Assembly: GCA_021432655.1 (NCBI GenBank)
Contig: MU271282.1
Location: 62,001 to 107,833 of the forward strand
Origin: Atractiella rhizophila
Taxonomy: Eukaryota
DNA: 45,833 nucleotides
Direction: 5' to 3'
Shown: in pieces, positions 12,250 to 24,448 of the stretch
Layout of the letters: each line of letters starts with the position of its first letter
Position numbering within the stretch: position 1 is the stretch's first letter
Program-made: the position numbers and the translations under genes
Notes under the pieces: generated by a model
Database searches by the model: none
What the model saw: only the letters and a program-made list of their open reading frames with translations
What the model was told of the DNA's origin: nothing

Positions 12250-13770
12250 ATTCACAGAAAAAGCAACGGATGCAAAATACTGAGCCTGTGAGCATCTCGA
12301 CATATAGTGAGGAAAAGGCTCTGATTTGTATTGTGGAAGTGTAGACGCCGCATCATCGTATATGATAGTAGTGTGGACGTGCGGTGACTACACCTGCACA
12401 GCAGGAGACAGATCGTGGTCTGAAGTATGATGCATGTACTGCTCCTGATTGGGGTAAAGTGACATAAAGTGTGATGGGTTGGCAGGGAAGTTATATGGAG
12501 ACTGAATTGCGTAAGTGAGTTGCTGTTGAGGGTGATAATCAGGAAGTGGCACCGGAGCAACAGAAGAGGGGACTGTCAGCGGTATTTGTGTTCCTTCCAC
12601 TCCGACAGGATCATGTTGTTGGAAAGGTTTTGATTCAAGTGCGTATTCGAACGTCTGAATGGACCCTCCAGTCGCTTGGGTATGTTTGATATCTTCGGTT
12701 AAGAGTTCCCGGAAGTCCTTAGTGGAGTCCGAGTAGTGAGTTTGTCGGTAAAACGGTTGAAGGTGATGGTACAGATGGGCTATAGGAGGAAGATGACATG
12801 ATGCAGTGACAGCGGCAGCTTGTTGGAGTTCTCTGGCCTTAGAGCCACCTTGTTCACAGTCGGAAACAAGAGCCTCAAGATGGCCACAGACTGATTTTAA
12901 GACCTAACAAGTCTTTAATCCAGCTGTAAGTGAAGGAGAAAGAGCGATCGGAACCTCCACAAAAGATGTATAACTATTGGAGTTTGATCTGCTCGATGTA
13001 CCCAGATCCTCTGACACTGACGATTACTTTTAAATCTCCCAACAGAGATAAACTCACCACTATTCTTGACCTGTACACTGTCTAGCAACATTTCGATTGC
13101 TGTTGCCACTTGCGTAACCAAATGATTGAGATTCTGCCCAGGAATTCGATCCGGTACGAAAATGTCCTCTGCAAGAAGAAGCGTCCTCCTCTTCTCTTCG
13201 AGTATTGGCGGCGGGACACCGTTTTCAATTGATTCGAACATGTCTGCCAAAAGAACGACGGTTGCAGCGAAGGCATGATGGTACACGTGCCTGTTTGTGA
13301 CGCAATCAACAAAAACACTGAGTTGAAGGACGAAGCTTATGGGATGTATGAAAATGTTTCTGATGTGTACACTGAGTTAAGGGAAAGATTGATGCAAGTC
13401 AACGCCCACCTCACACCTCAGAAACTGAACAGACCACAATGCTTGCCAACCTGATGCACTGGTCCTTGGAGTATCCATGTTGCCAGTCGATGGAGCTTCA
13501 TCACTAGATCGTGTATCTATTTCCTGTCAGTCTGTATCCACAGTCAGACACCAAAAGTAAAGCCAGAACCATGTCTAGAGATCCGTCTGTGATATCTGTC
13601 AGGATCGCCTTCCATAAACAGGTAATGAAGAACATACGTTTCTGCAAATGAAGAAGAGGAGACTGATTTGATGTTTTTGAATTTGTGAGCTCCGACGGGA
13701 GATGGCTCAATATATCCTGATATTGCTGTGTGACCACATTAAGATCAACAACCCCAATCAGCAAGACAAG
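12250..13770 (-). pseudogene. Probable C-terminal fragment of a fungal zinc-cluster transcription factor
   Basis: Segments LHLQKRMFF and YHHAFAATVVLLADMF...RRTLLLAEDIF resemble the region after the fungal TF middle homology domain, followed by a Ser/Pro/Gln-rich tail. No DNA-binding domain seen and the frames are broken. Confidence 0.4.
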
Positions 13771-14284
13771 GAAGGAAGCGCGTACGATCGATCGGGAGAA
13801 GAGGGAAAGATAACTGCAAGGTAATTAGCCTTATCCAGAAGCTGGAAGGCGAGATCCGTCGATTCCCTGATGAGACTCGTTTGATTCCCTTCAGCTTCCT
13901 CTTCATTTCATGCTTTCTGATTATTCCATATTTCTATCTACTCATGTATTACGGGTTTGTCCGCGATGTTATTTGATCTTTTATCAGATTCATCGGCCTA
14001 TAAAAGAGGCCTCACTTGTTAATGTAAATTCATCTTATTACTCATCATCTTACTTCACTCCTCACAGCAGAAAGCATGGTAAGAATCAAGGTAAGTTCCC
14101 CGGCCATAGAACCTGTTGACTTTTCTCTGCTGCTTTGTTAGCCTCAAACAAATGTATTATGTTTGGCTGAGCTCTTGGAAATGCATGAGCAGCAGAAACA
14201 CAAGGACAGGTGTTTATATACATGAGAGCTTGTGGCAAATAGAAACTTCCAGAATGTTCATGAAGAAAGTATTACTAACATTTT

Positions 14285-15715
14285 ACACATCTCCAACAGT
14301 AGACACTGGAGGGGAGGAGGCAGGTGTTGATGATAGGGGAGTGACGGGTGCATATTCAAGATCAAACTTGAGTTTGAGGCTCGACTTTGCTTGCTCGATG
14401 GCCCAAGGATCGAGACCATGAGCCGTGTCTTCCAAGGTTGCAGGACCCATGCGAGGATCCAATACTGAAGTAAAGAGGCTAAATCAATGATGGAACATAA
14501 TTGGAAGTATAGACGTACAGATTGCCCAGTAGTACCATGGATATTCATCAGTCTTCGAGAAGTACTTGGCCAATTTCTCATATGCCTTCATCAAGCCGAC
14601 CTTGACAACTGGGGCAGTGGTGCCAGGCAGCTTGGCCACCACTCGCTCAAGCTTCTCAAATAGCTGGATAAACAGCAAAACAACACTACTGACCGTGACA
14701 CAGGAGGTGCTAGACATCAAGGCAGTGATGTCAGCAAACTCCTCTAACCATGTCGCAACAAGTTTAATTGCAGGCCAATCTTCTTCTAACAAGCAGACAC
14801 CTTTGAATTCTTTTACTTGGAACACTGAGAAATCATCTACAGCCTGCCGAAAAGCCAGTACTCTCTTGAGCATGAAACAAGTCGAGGACCAGCATGTTCG
14901 AACATCCAGAAGTAAGACATTTTCCTTCTCCTCCAGCACTGGCATCGCCGTACCAACACATCGAAACCACCATTCCTTCTTCTGAGGAGACGACCTAGTG
15001 CACTTGACAATGACGCGGAGCTAGAATACCAATATGAGTTCATTAGCCCCTTTTTTAATGAGAAAGTGAGACAGCAGGCTTACCCGTTGAATGGCAGTTC
15101 CGATGTCTGTATTACTCTCGGAACTAGGAACATCATCATCTGGCGCCTCGTTCCTACCCTCTTCAGATTCTGGAGTGTCATCTTCATCGTGGACAGTCGT
15201 AAGATTCTCGACGGTACTCTGGTACGGTTCCCACATGCCATCAGTACTGGTCCCTTCCTCAACAAGACTTGGAGGCAAAGGTTGGCTGGTTGGGGCTGTA
15301 CCGAGAGCATTCAGATCTTTCGGTTTTCCAGAAGCTGGAGTTGTGGAGGCTGTGGGTTTGTTCTTTGGCCATGTGCCAATCGAATTGAGCAGTTCGATAG
15401 CGGAGAGATGAACGATGTGCAGAAGGCATCTTCCCCTGCACTCGATTGCTGGGAAGGTGATGCCGTCCTTCTTGAATAGCGACTCTAGCTCTTGCATCAT
15501 CATATCGTTGGAACTGGCATTGTCAGACACGATGACAGAAATCTATGCACACTTGAGAATGCTGAACAACTTTTAGAATATACATACCTTCTCCGATATC
15601 CTTAATTTTGTGAGAACATCATAAACTGCCTTTGCCAGCTTCTTCCCACTATGCTTTCCGTGCACTTCAACGAAGTCCAACAGATCCGTATTGAGATTCC
15701 GGTTCACATTGACAG
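14285..15715 (-). mobile_element. hAT transposase fragment (central region), with introns
   Basis: LLDFVEVHGKHSGKKLAKAVYDVL, SDNASSND (catalytic Asp region), RCLLHIVHL (CxxH), LDVRTCWSST (DVxTRWNST-like), EKLAKYF..YYWA..ILDPR. N-terminus and C-terminal dimerisation domain are absent. Confidence 0.9.
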
Positions 15716-16202
15716 GATGGCCGCTTCAATTTTAAGAAAATTTGCAGCCAAAAAGCAGGTCAAAACTGGTCCACCAGTTTTATCGCCGACCAACTCCGAC
15801 CCCTTGGGCGGCGGGTCTGCAGGATTTTCTTCCCTGTTCCGAATCCTTCCAAACTGTTTGGGGATGGTTAGGCACTCCATGTTTGTTTCTTCACCTTGCA
15901 GGATCCGACAGGTCTTACAGAGTGTTTGGGGATGGCAAGGTGCTTTTAAACCTCATTGACCCTCATTTTCAACCTCGCCACACCCTCTTGGGCCGCCTCG
16001 CAAAACCATTGGGGCGACCAATTTGCCAAATTTTGAGACGCTGGGTCTCATCTTGGTTGTTTTCGCCGCGGAGGCAGAAAACATCACGTGATTTGCATTC
16101 TGGGCTTTTCTGTTGCCGTACCACATTCCACTTCCCACTTCCACCCGTGAGTGCGTGACCGAGTTACCACTTCAACCCTTTTTCCTACAATTCCAATCTA
16201 AA

Positions 16203-18433
16203 TTAGCGAGCACTAGAACTCTTGAGCCTCTTCTGCCCATCTGCAACCATTGTCACGCCTTTCCTCTTGTTACCTGAGCCATGATCCCTAGAAACGGCCG
16301 CATCCTTCTGATTTTTCCATATTCCTTTCTCATCCTTAAGAGCGTCCAATAACACTTGCGACATAAACTCGTGAGTAGCCATTCGTTCAATCCTCTCGTC
16401 CGCCATTGTATTAGCCGTCGTCATAATCTCCTCCGTCATCTCCTTCGGTTTCATCTTCCGCTCCGTTGTCGACTCGTCCGTCTTCACCTGGTATTGAAGG
16501 ACATCCAGAATGTTATCCAGTACCGTTGCGCGAGGTATGAGGCGGTTAGAAAGGCCGCGGAAGAGTTTCCGGAGTACATCCTGAAGCTGGTTGGAAGAGA
16601 TCTTAAGGTCCTCGACACCTCCAATAATTATCGCCTTTCGAGCTGCAGCTGTTGCGTCTGGCGTGTTCTGCACTCTATCGAACGCGCGGAGTTTATCGAG
16701 GCACTTTTCATCTGGCAATTCGCTTTTTGCGTGCGAAAGAACGGTCCAGATCAGAACGTAAACGAAGGACTCAATATCGTCTTCCGGTTCGTGGCGAATG
16801 CTCTGGGCTGAGCCGATATCTTCCAAGAGTCGACGAGACATGAACTCGTAAGTGCCCTGTTCAATCATTCAAGACTGGGCTGCACAACGCTATTAGTGAA
16901 CCACGAACTGTTCGCTCTCGAGTATTGTCAGGATCGGTTTTCTTCTTTGCGAACTCCCAATCAATCAAATAACCTTTTGGTCCGTCTCCGATTGGGCCAA
17001 GAAGGATGTTCCCAAAAGAGATATCGCGGTGCAGCATTTCGGCTTTGCTCCAGGCAGCATAGTGGGCTGTTAGCCGCCAACGGGGGGAAATCAGATCTAT
17101 TTAAGTGAAGACAACACCAACGCACCTTCAAAAGCATCCGAAACCCCTTTCACAAGCTCGTAGGTAGACGTAAATTCGTTGAGCGGCCGTCCAACTTTTG
17201 CCAAAACAATTCGGTAGTGCACCATCTCCCCATCGTCTTTCTTGCCTGTTGACATCTTGGTACGTTGGAGATTGCCCGTTACATCGCCTTCGGCAATAAC
17301 CTGGAGGATATTTGGGACTTCGCACTTGTGCAATTCGGCGTAGACTTCACCTTCTCGACGATATCGGATGTGTCGCCAAGTGTCTTTAAGCAGGACGAGG
17401 CATTTCTGTTCGTGGTTGTAAGCTTCGAAGCATCTTGTCCCTCGACCGATAGGTTGATTGTGACGAAAGAGGAAGGGTTCCGAAACGTAGAACACTTTAC
17501 CTCCCACCTTCACCTTGAAGAGCGGCTTGCTCGCCGTAATATCGAGTTTCGCTCTCGCCGCTGCAGAATAATCGTCTTCCTTAAGCAGTTTCTGCATCGT
17601 GTCGTCATGCCCTCTTTCAGCATAGGATGCGTGCGTGTAGCGCCAGAAGAATTCGCGGAGGTAAGTGGTCGTAACGTAGTTGAACAAAGGGGTCACAAGG
17701 AAGCCGGCGCGTGAATGGCAGAGGAGACGAGCAAGGTGTTCCCGAACATAAAACGAAAAGACTCTCGTTCTTTGCTGGGAAGAAAGAATCACAGTACTGT
17801 AGATTGTGATTTGGCCGCGCGCTAATCTTGAGCTCTGTGTGTCGACCTCGACCACCTTGTCATTCTCATCTCGGAAAGGTTCATCCTTCGTCTTCAACTC
17901 GCCAAACGACTCCGCACTCCTCATGGCCGTAGTGGTCGCCCCGACGAAACTATAGAGGACCAGATCAGGCTTGACGCCACTGACTCCAAGCACTGGGATA
18001 AACTCTCTGTCGGTGCTGCTGCTGGTGTTGACGAGCTCCCAGCCTTGATTGACAAAAGGACGCATGTACCGTATCTACAGTGGTATATTGAAAAGAGTTC
18101 AAAAAAAAACAACGCACTTACGAACTTGTCGTGGTGGGTGGGTTCGAGCCCTGACATATCAGGTGGTTCCGGCGAGTCTGGAAGGTCTTCGTGCTCCGGC
18201 AGCATTTTGAGAAAGTCTTCAGCAGACACCGTGACATATTTTCCCTTCATATCACCGCAGACGAAGTCATAGGCATTTTCGTTCTCAGTAGCAGGAATGG
18301 TTTGACCTAGATGGTTAGAAGCGCTCGCTGGACGATTCGGGGTCGGGTTAGTAGGATGGGGATTAGGCGAGGCGATGGGGGGAGGGGTAACAGCACGATT
18401 ACCAAGAGATTGAGGTGTAATAAGCGTATTCAT
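16203..18433 (-). CDS. Fungal-type protein kinase (FunK1 / Pkinase_fungal), apparently intact, ~690 aa
   Basis: Exons 18433-18122, 18074-17126, 17066-16909 and 16856-16203 joined by GT..AG introns give an open 2073-nt frame. Motifs GRGTRCF, VLLKDTWR, HYRIVL..VGRPL, HRDISFGNILL, LIDWEFA, ERTGTYEFMS, DDIESFVYVL. The start could be the upstream in-frame ATG at 18544. Confidence 0.93.
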
Positions 18434-19389
18434 GATCGGATAGCAGGATAGAAAGGAAATTGATGTTGTGATAATGACCTGTAGGTGTGTCTTGGTCCTT
18501 GTCTTTCGTCCCTGAGCCTTCTTGAGGGGCTTCACGTGACTCATTGTTGCAACGAAAAGAGTAGTACTTCCTTGTGGAACTGGAATGGATCATCAGGTCG
18601 ATCAGGTTTCTACCGTAGACAAAGTCGAAGGTGAGAGTGTTGTTTCAACGAGATTGGATCCGGCCCTGGATCAGGCCACTAACAGTCCAGAGCACCGTGG
18701 TGAGAATGGCCCAGATAGCGGCTGGTCAATTTTAGACTTCACTGAAGTTCGATACGGAACTGTGTATCGTATTGGACTGTACTGTAAATCCCAGTTCCAG
18801 TTTGACAAAACAGTTGGACTGGGACCTGGAGTTTCAGTCCCATGGACGGTTTCAATAAACAGCACTTACTTTGGAGGTCAACGATCGTAAGGCTGGGGTG
18901 CGGAGGAGCCCCGAGAAATATTAGTTCGAGAAAGGCGCAAAGACAGACGGAGGATATGGAGGAGGCTTCTGATGAAACAAACAAGTTGATGCCATTCGAT
19001 TACATATGAAAGGTACTTCTGAACATGTGCATCGACCAGTGAAGTTTTCTACATTGGAACTTCTCTCGAGTCTGAATATGAAGATGGAGGACTAGAAAAT
19101 GCTTTGAAGTGAAGTACTGAATTGGGGAGTCCAATGGATTGTGGGCGTTACAACGTCAACGGCTCGAGCCAGACGTTATCATAATGCGTGGAGGAATCAT
19201 AAGTTCTACAACAAGACTACGGTACGAATGCGTACGAAGACTCTAACGGTAGCCATTTTGTTTATTGGTAGGTGTAACCGCCAGCTTGCCAGTTGGAATT
19301 GTCTCCTGCTGGCGAATAACCTGATTGATTTTGAGGATTTTGAGGATCACCATGTATTCTGCCTTCTTCCTGAGTTGACGAGGGGAAGG

Positions 19390-20206
19390 TTATGAATGAA
19401 AAAACGTACGCCTGGTAGGGAGCGTACTCTTTGCGCTCCGCTGGGTCTGCGAAGAGATATGGTCTAATATCTGGATCCGAATATTGAGTGCTTGAAGAAG
19501 ACGACGAGGACGCCGGAGTGTACTGTATGAAAGCTGGAGGATAAGCTGGAGGATAAGTTGGAGGGTATTTTCAGAAGAGGGATGGTGACACGTTGAAGAA
19601 GGGTATGTAGGTGCCATTTGTTCTGAAGCGCCCCAGGAACATATATATATGTTTGGTGCGTCTTCGCTTCATCCAGTCGTCACTGTTCTGTCGCGAGATA
19701 GTTTGGGAAAGATACTGACCACTGGGGTCCACATAGTTCTCCTCCGGGTAGTACGCCAAATAGGCACCACAAGAAAGCAGTAAACCCGAATCACCCAGGG
19801 TGGCGGTGGAGCCGATGCTTGAAGTTGTGGATTCGGGACGAGTGCATGAATTGGCCATGATGAGACGAATGGAGCATTCAGAGGCTTGAGAAGTTTTCGC
19901 GCATCCAGCTGTAGCCAAACAATGGAGCATTAGTAGACGATCGAGACCAAGAGAAGGAAGTCCTTGCTCACCGCAGGCTTCTCCTTGAGTGACGGTATGC
20001 ATTTCACTTTCAGCCTACCAGAATGGAAGAAGGTCAAAGCTGTCCCGCGATCCGGAACAAAGAGAATAAAGCCGATTCCAAGGTGATAGAAACCCAACGT
20101 ACCTATGGCATCGAGTGCAAGCCGTGCTAGCTCGCACCCGTCGTTGGTTCGGCTTTGTTGGAGCAACAAACACGAATTTGTTGGGCGTTATGGGGCCTTG
20201 AGACAT
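19390..20206 (-). pseudogene. Zn(II)2Cys6 transcription factor-like gene with a frameshift in the zinc cluster
   Basis: RASTACTRCHR [intron] LKVKC, then in a shifted frame GEAC [intron] AGCAKTSQASEC supplies all six Cys. A 1-nt frameshift is needed near 19990. The 3' end is uncertain. Confidence 0.7.
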
Positions 20207-20599
20207 GATCTCTACAGTCTACGCGTCGTTGTAAAGCCGTCCCTGTTGATGGAGAGTATGATGGCTAGCTAGAGCAAGCACATTTTATAAGAGTTGCTGA
20301 GATGAGCCCCGTAGCAGAAGATTGTGTATAATGATTAGGTGAAATGTGTGCTCAAAGAAGATGAAAGAAGAAAAATGGCGTCCATCTGATCGAGCAAATA
20401 GTGCGAAACGAGGGTCGCGATTGGAGGAGGGAGGCTGAGTTTAGCAATTGTGGAGAACGCTTCACGGCGTTGAGGCCGAACAATAGTGCCAGAAACGAGT
20501 ACAAGCTGAGAACATGTCAGATATCTATCCGAAGATCATTTTGCTTAGACACATAAGCTCACCTTCTCCAGTGGTTTGAGCAGAGTCTCAACTCCTTCC

Positions 20600-21960
20600 T
20601 GCCCAGCCAATTCCAACTGAGAGAGCGGTTGGCCATTCTCAGGCGGCACCATAGATCACACCCCCCTCCCAGCACCATTTACTCGTTCCCGAATATCCAT
20701 CTCCATCGCAATAACATCATTCGCCTCTTGAACATCCTTTTCTTCCTCAATATCCGAATCAATGTGTGCTGGGCCAGTATCTTCCTCATTATTCGCTAGC
20801 TCCTGACCAGGATCTTCTTCTTCGACCTCAAAGATAACGGAGAGCATAGCTTGACGCATGGTCACGAAGGAATCAGTCGTTTCATCGTCAATGTGACCGA
20901 GATGTCGAAGGGCTTTGGAGACAGTGAGGTGTATTCGATGGAGTGGACAACCAATGAAGGCATTGTCAGCATCGAACGTCGTGAGATTGGCATCGTAATA
21001 GAGCCCCCCAAGACTCCTTATAGTCGCAGGATTGATGTTTGTGTTGTCTCCGCTGAGTGTCGATATCTGGCTCGTCCTGAGAACCAGAAAAATGGTAATA
21101 GAGAGAAGACATACCCGTTCGAGGATGCAATGGCTTCGGAGCACATTCCATATGACAAGACTAGACCGGACAGCCGAATGTCGACCGAGGAGTCGAGAGA
21201 AACGTAGCAGGCGGATCTATCAACGAGCTTGATTAGATATCTAACATGGAAATGAGAGCTGAGAATAGTTTACCTTGATGTTCCATATGGAGTCTATCCA
21301 AATGGCAAAGACGGCCATGAATGAGTACTGCATACCTTTGGGAGTCCAAGAATCCCAAGTAAGTGCAATTCGATTTTTGACCAACTAAGCGGGAGGACTC
21401 AGCATTGAAAACAACCAGCGACTTAAGTAACCTTTAACTCACCCATAAGTCTGTCCCTCCCAATTTTGTACAGGCGGCTAATATCAACTCGGAGAGTCGT
21501 GGCAGAAGGCAGAACAAATCCAGGTGGAAGGAGAGAAATCGAACGTTGGAGGAACTCATTCTTGATGGAGTTGAGGGAGATGTGGCAGTTACAATGAATA
21601 AGCCAAATGTCTTGCGAAATTCAACGGGATTGAAAGCAAGCTGTTCTGCTGCAGCCAGGCTATTCACAATAGAACCTTTCTTCAACTTGGGATCAGGCTT
21701 CTTTGGCGCGCAGTTGAGAGCCGTCAAGTAACGGTGCCGGCGGCACTGGATGTGTTTGTTCAAGTTTCCGGTGTTCCCTTTCTCGATGATTATCTTTACA
21801 CTGACAGATAAATATCAGTACTGAAATTAGTGAAGACTATAAAACAGAGCAAGCGATGATCGCACCTACAAAAGATACACCCGTACTCAATATTCGGAAC
21901 CATTTACCTTTCGCCTGGCTGAATCCATTGAACTGGTGGAGTTCCTAGACGAGTGACCCG
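20600..21960 (-). mobile_element. Second hAT transposase fragment (BED finger to CxxH), degenerate
   Basis: YGCIFC...NTGNLNKH (BED-like), LPSATTL, IALTWDSWT..SFMAV..WID (first Asp), GRHS, GDNTNIN (second Asp), GCPLHRIHL. It covers the same DN/CxxH segment as 14285-15715, so it is a distinct element. Confidence 0.88.
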
Positions 21961-21981
21961 GCCATCCCACTTAGCACAAAG

Positions 21982-22296
21982 TGTCGGAGTTTGCCACTGT
22001 TTTTAGAGATGTCACGAGTATGGTACTCGTGGGTACTTGTGCCACAGGTACCCGTGCACAACAAGTTACAAATCAGGCTTTAAGCTGATCGATGCTCGTG
22101 AGTAAAGGTACCCATACTCGCAAGTCCTACTCGTTGGCATCTCTAACTGTTTTAAGCTGCATTCGTGCCACTGTCATTTGTGGCTCTAGTTTTCTTTCCC
22201 CTTTGCCGTTTCTCTCATTTTGCTGAGTTCCTCAAGGTATAAAAAGCCTATTATAACTTGATTGTAATTCATTCCTTTAGACCCTTGGGATCAACA
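21982..22296 (+). mobile_element. LTR family B copy 2, interrupted by a hAT MITE
   Basis: TGTCGGAG...TCAACA, highly similar to 5433-5597 once 22004-22145 and one TSD copy are removed. No TSD (CAAAG vs CTGAT). Followed by TGATGTCCGA, possibly a decayed primer-binding site. Confidence 0.8.
22004..22145. mobile_element. 142-bp hAT-type MITE
   Basis: TIRs TAGAGATGTCACGAGTA / TACTCGTTGGCATCTCTA, 8-bp TSD ACTGTTTT at 21996-22003 and 22146-22153, internal TACTCG/TACCCG subterminal repeats. The empty site is in 5433-5597. Confidence 0.92.
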
Positions 22297-22659
22297 CTGA
22301 TGTCCGATGTCGAGCAAGGTCAGATTATCCTCTTGACTTTCGCCATCGCCTTCCTCTACAAATGGTGGATACTCCTCCAATGGTCGTTAATCCAAATCAT
22401 GGAGAACGCCAATATTGCTAGTCCACCTGTTGGGGCACTCGCACCTCCCCCCGTAATTATCGCGGAGAAGGTGCATGTTGAGCCGTTGCATCAAGAGAAG
22501 TCGTCCAGTGTTACCCGCCCCGCTGCGCTGCCGGTGGACCGTGATAATATTAAATTGCCTCACCTTGCGTTTTGATCAATACTCGTAAATTGTTCGTGTT
22601 TGAAACACGTGAAAGGCCAACATAAAGCTACCCATGAGAGAAAGGAGAAGACTCTAAGT

Positions 22660-23490
22660 ACAAACCCACATGTCCTACAGATTGTCCTTGCACTTTATTC
22701 AGAGTTAAGGCAAACGCTATGCACACAGGGAATTGAAAGCGCTGGAATTGAAAAGGAAGCTGGTTTGATACTGCACTGTCAATGCCGATTCAAGGAATAA
22801 GAACTGATTCGCCATTGTGTTCACCTGTAATGATGGTTGCTTCAATGACTTGCCAGAGAAACTGAGTGACAATGAGGCATGTGCCGTTGCACAGGCCAGC
22901 AGATGGATTGAGATTTCACAGAAGAATGATGGGTGCACAGGTCTTGAGGTGTAGACGATGTGAAGGGAATCCAGAGATCTCCAGGGTATTCAGGTACTCG
23001 ACAGAGAAGCGGTTTCTGAGATCTCCCTCATCATCTATAATTTGATCTGCACTGTAATATACCCGATGTCCTGTAGATTCGAGCCACTGAATCAAGTGAT
23101 CATTAGCGTAACATTGATGCCATCCACATCCACATTCTTTGCTGCTAGAATCATGTGAATCCAGAAGTATTCTTGAAGGAAGCTCAGAGCAGGGATATTT
23201 TGCAGAGAATCTAGTTGTCCGTAAATTGAGCGCAACAGACCATCCAGTCCTTCGTGGGATGGAATAATAGACCCATCTGGTATCGTTAAGGGTCCACATC
23301 CATTGTCTGATGGATTATCAGTAAGACCATTTCCAACATCGAGGAGCCACTGGGCAAATCTGGTTACATGCTGAAATTCAGCTTGTATCATTTCCTGTCT
23401 TAAAGAAGGCATATATTGTTTTCAAAGGTAGGACTTGAATATTCGGCCAGAAGTAAGAATTAATTGGCATCCTCAATCTGAGCTCGGGAA
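22660..23490 (-). mobile_element. Degenerate Helitron PIF1-helicase C-terminal fragment
   Basis: Nucleotide-level copy of ~35880-36720 (RFAQWLLDVGNG, SVEYLNTLEISGFPSHRLHLK, LNKVQGQS) with frameshifts and stops. Confidence 0.9.
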
Positions 23491-23504
23491 GTCAGCCACA
23501 CACT

Positions 23505-23745
23505 CTTGGAAAATTCGGGAGCGCCCAGAAGCCATTGGACGCATATATCACGTTGCATCTTCATAAGGGGAACTATTCTATCTCCAAATGCTCCTCCATA
23601 AAGTTGTCAGCCCAAAATCTTTTGAACATATCCGGACAGTAGATGGAACCATCCATGAGGTTTTAAGGCTACATGTATGGCTCTTGGGTTGTTAGAAAGT
23701 GATCAAGAATGGGATTTCTGCCTTGATGAAGCCAGTGCAGTTAAG
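23505..23745 (+). mobile_element. Helitron RepHel fragment from a diverged family, opposite orientation
   Basis: WKIRERPEAIGRIYHV..GELFYLQMLLHKVVSPKSFEHIRTVDG..ALGLLESDQEWDFCLDEA is homologous at protein level to 37431-37856. Confidence 0.85.
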
Positions 23746-23965
23746 TTTAATGGCCATAATGGGCAGCTCAGCCATGATTGTAAACACCTTCTACTTCGCG
23801 GATTTCAATACCTTGCTCCATCAAGGTTTGTCATTGCTGCTTTCTCTGTTCTGTTATTCAACCGGCGGCTGCAGGAGCATTCACCGATGGTTACATTATT
23901 CCTGATCAGAAACCTCCCACTCCAGCTACTACCCCGCTCCAGGAAGCTTGCAATCTGTTCCGAAT

Positions 23966-24382
23966 TCAAGATAAATTGTTTGTTGATTTCAGCATAGCGG
24001 GAGTCTTCGAGTTGTTCAGGGAACATCCTGCTATTGTCGAAGTTTACCTAGGACTTAAGGAAGAAGAAGCGGATGACGATAGGCAGGAATATATGTCTGA
24101 TGTCTGTCGGAAATTTGGTGTCACTCCTGTCTAGCAATAGCTGCTTGATCCTCAAAATGTTCTTTACCCTCTCATCAAGATAAATTGTTTGTTGATTTCA
24201 GCATAGCGGGAGTCTTCGAGTTGTTCAGGGAACATCCTGCTATTGTCGAAGTTTACCTAGGACTTAAGGAAGAAGAAGCGGATGACAATAGGCAGGAATA
24301 TATGTCTGATGTCTGTCGGAAATTTGGTGTCACTCCTGTCTAGCAATAGCTGCTTGATCCTCAAAATGTTCTTTACCCTCTC
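23966..24382. repeat. Tandem duplication, period 209 bp
   Basis: 23966-24173 matches 24175-24382. I see one substitution (GATGACGAT vs GATGACAAT). The unit holds a splice acceptor (TTGATTTCAG) and a terminal exon ..GVFELFREHPAIVEVYLGL..DRQEYM..TPV*. Confidence 0.95.
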
Positions 24383-24448
24383 TTGAAATGCACTGTCTTT
24401 ACTGCTTGAAATTGCCGCTGCTCCGAGTTTGTATCCTACAAAGTCCCT

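Noticed and set aside
18716..18870. Possible hAT-like MITE upstream of the kinase
   Set aside because: The candidate TIRs match poorly and there is no TSD.
19530..19564. AAGCTGGAGGAT x3, and similarly CTCAACG-based 9-mers at ~30905-30945
   Set aside because: Short codon-length minisatellites in low-complexity coding tails, with no spacers, so not CRISPR-like.
14285..21960. The two hAT fragments as halves of one element interrupted by the kinase
   Set aside because: Both contain the DN and CxxH segment with different sequences, so they are separate elements.
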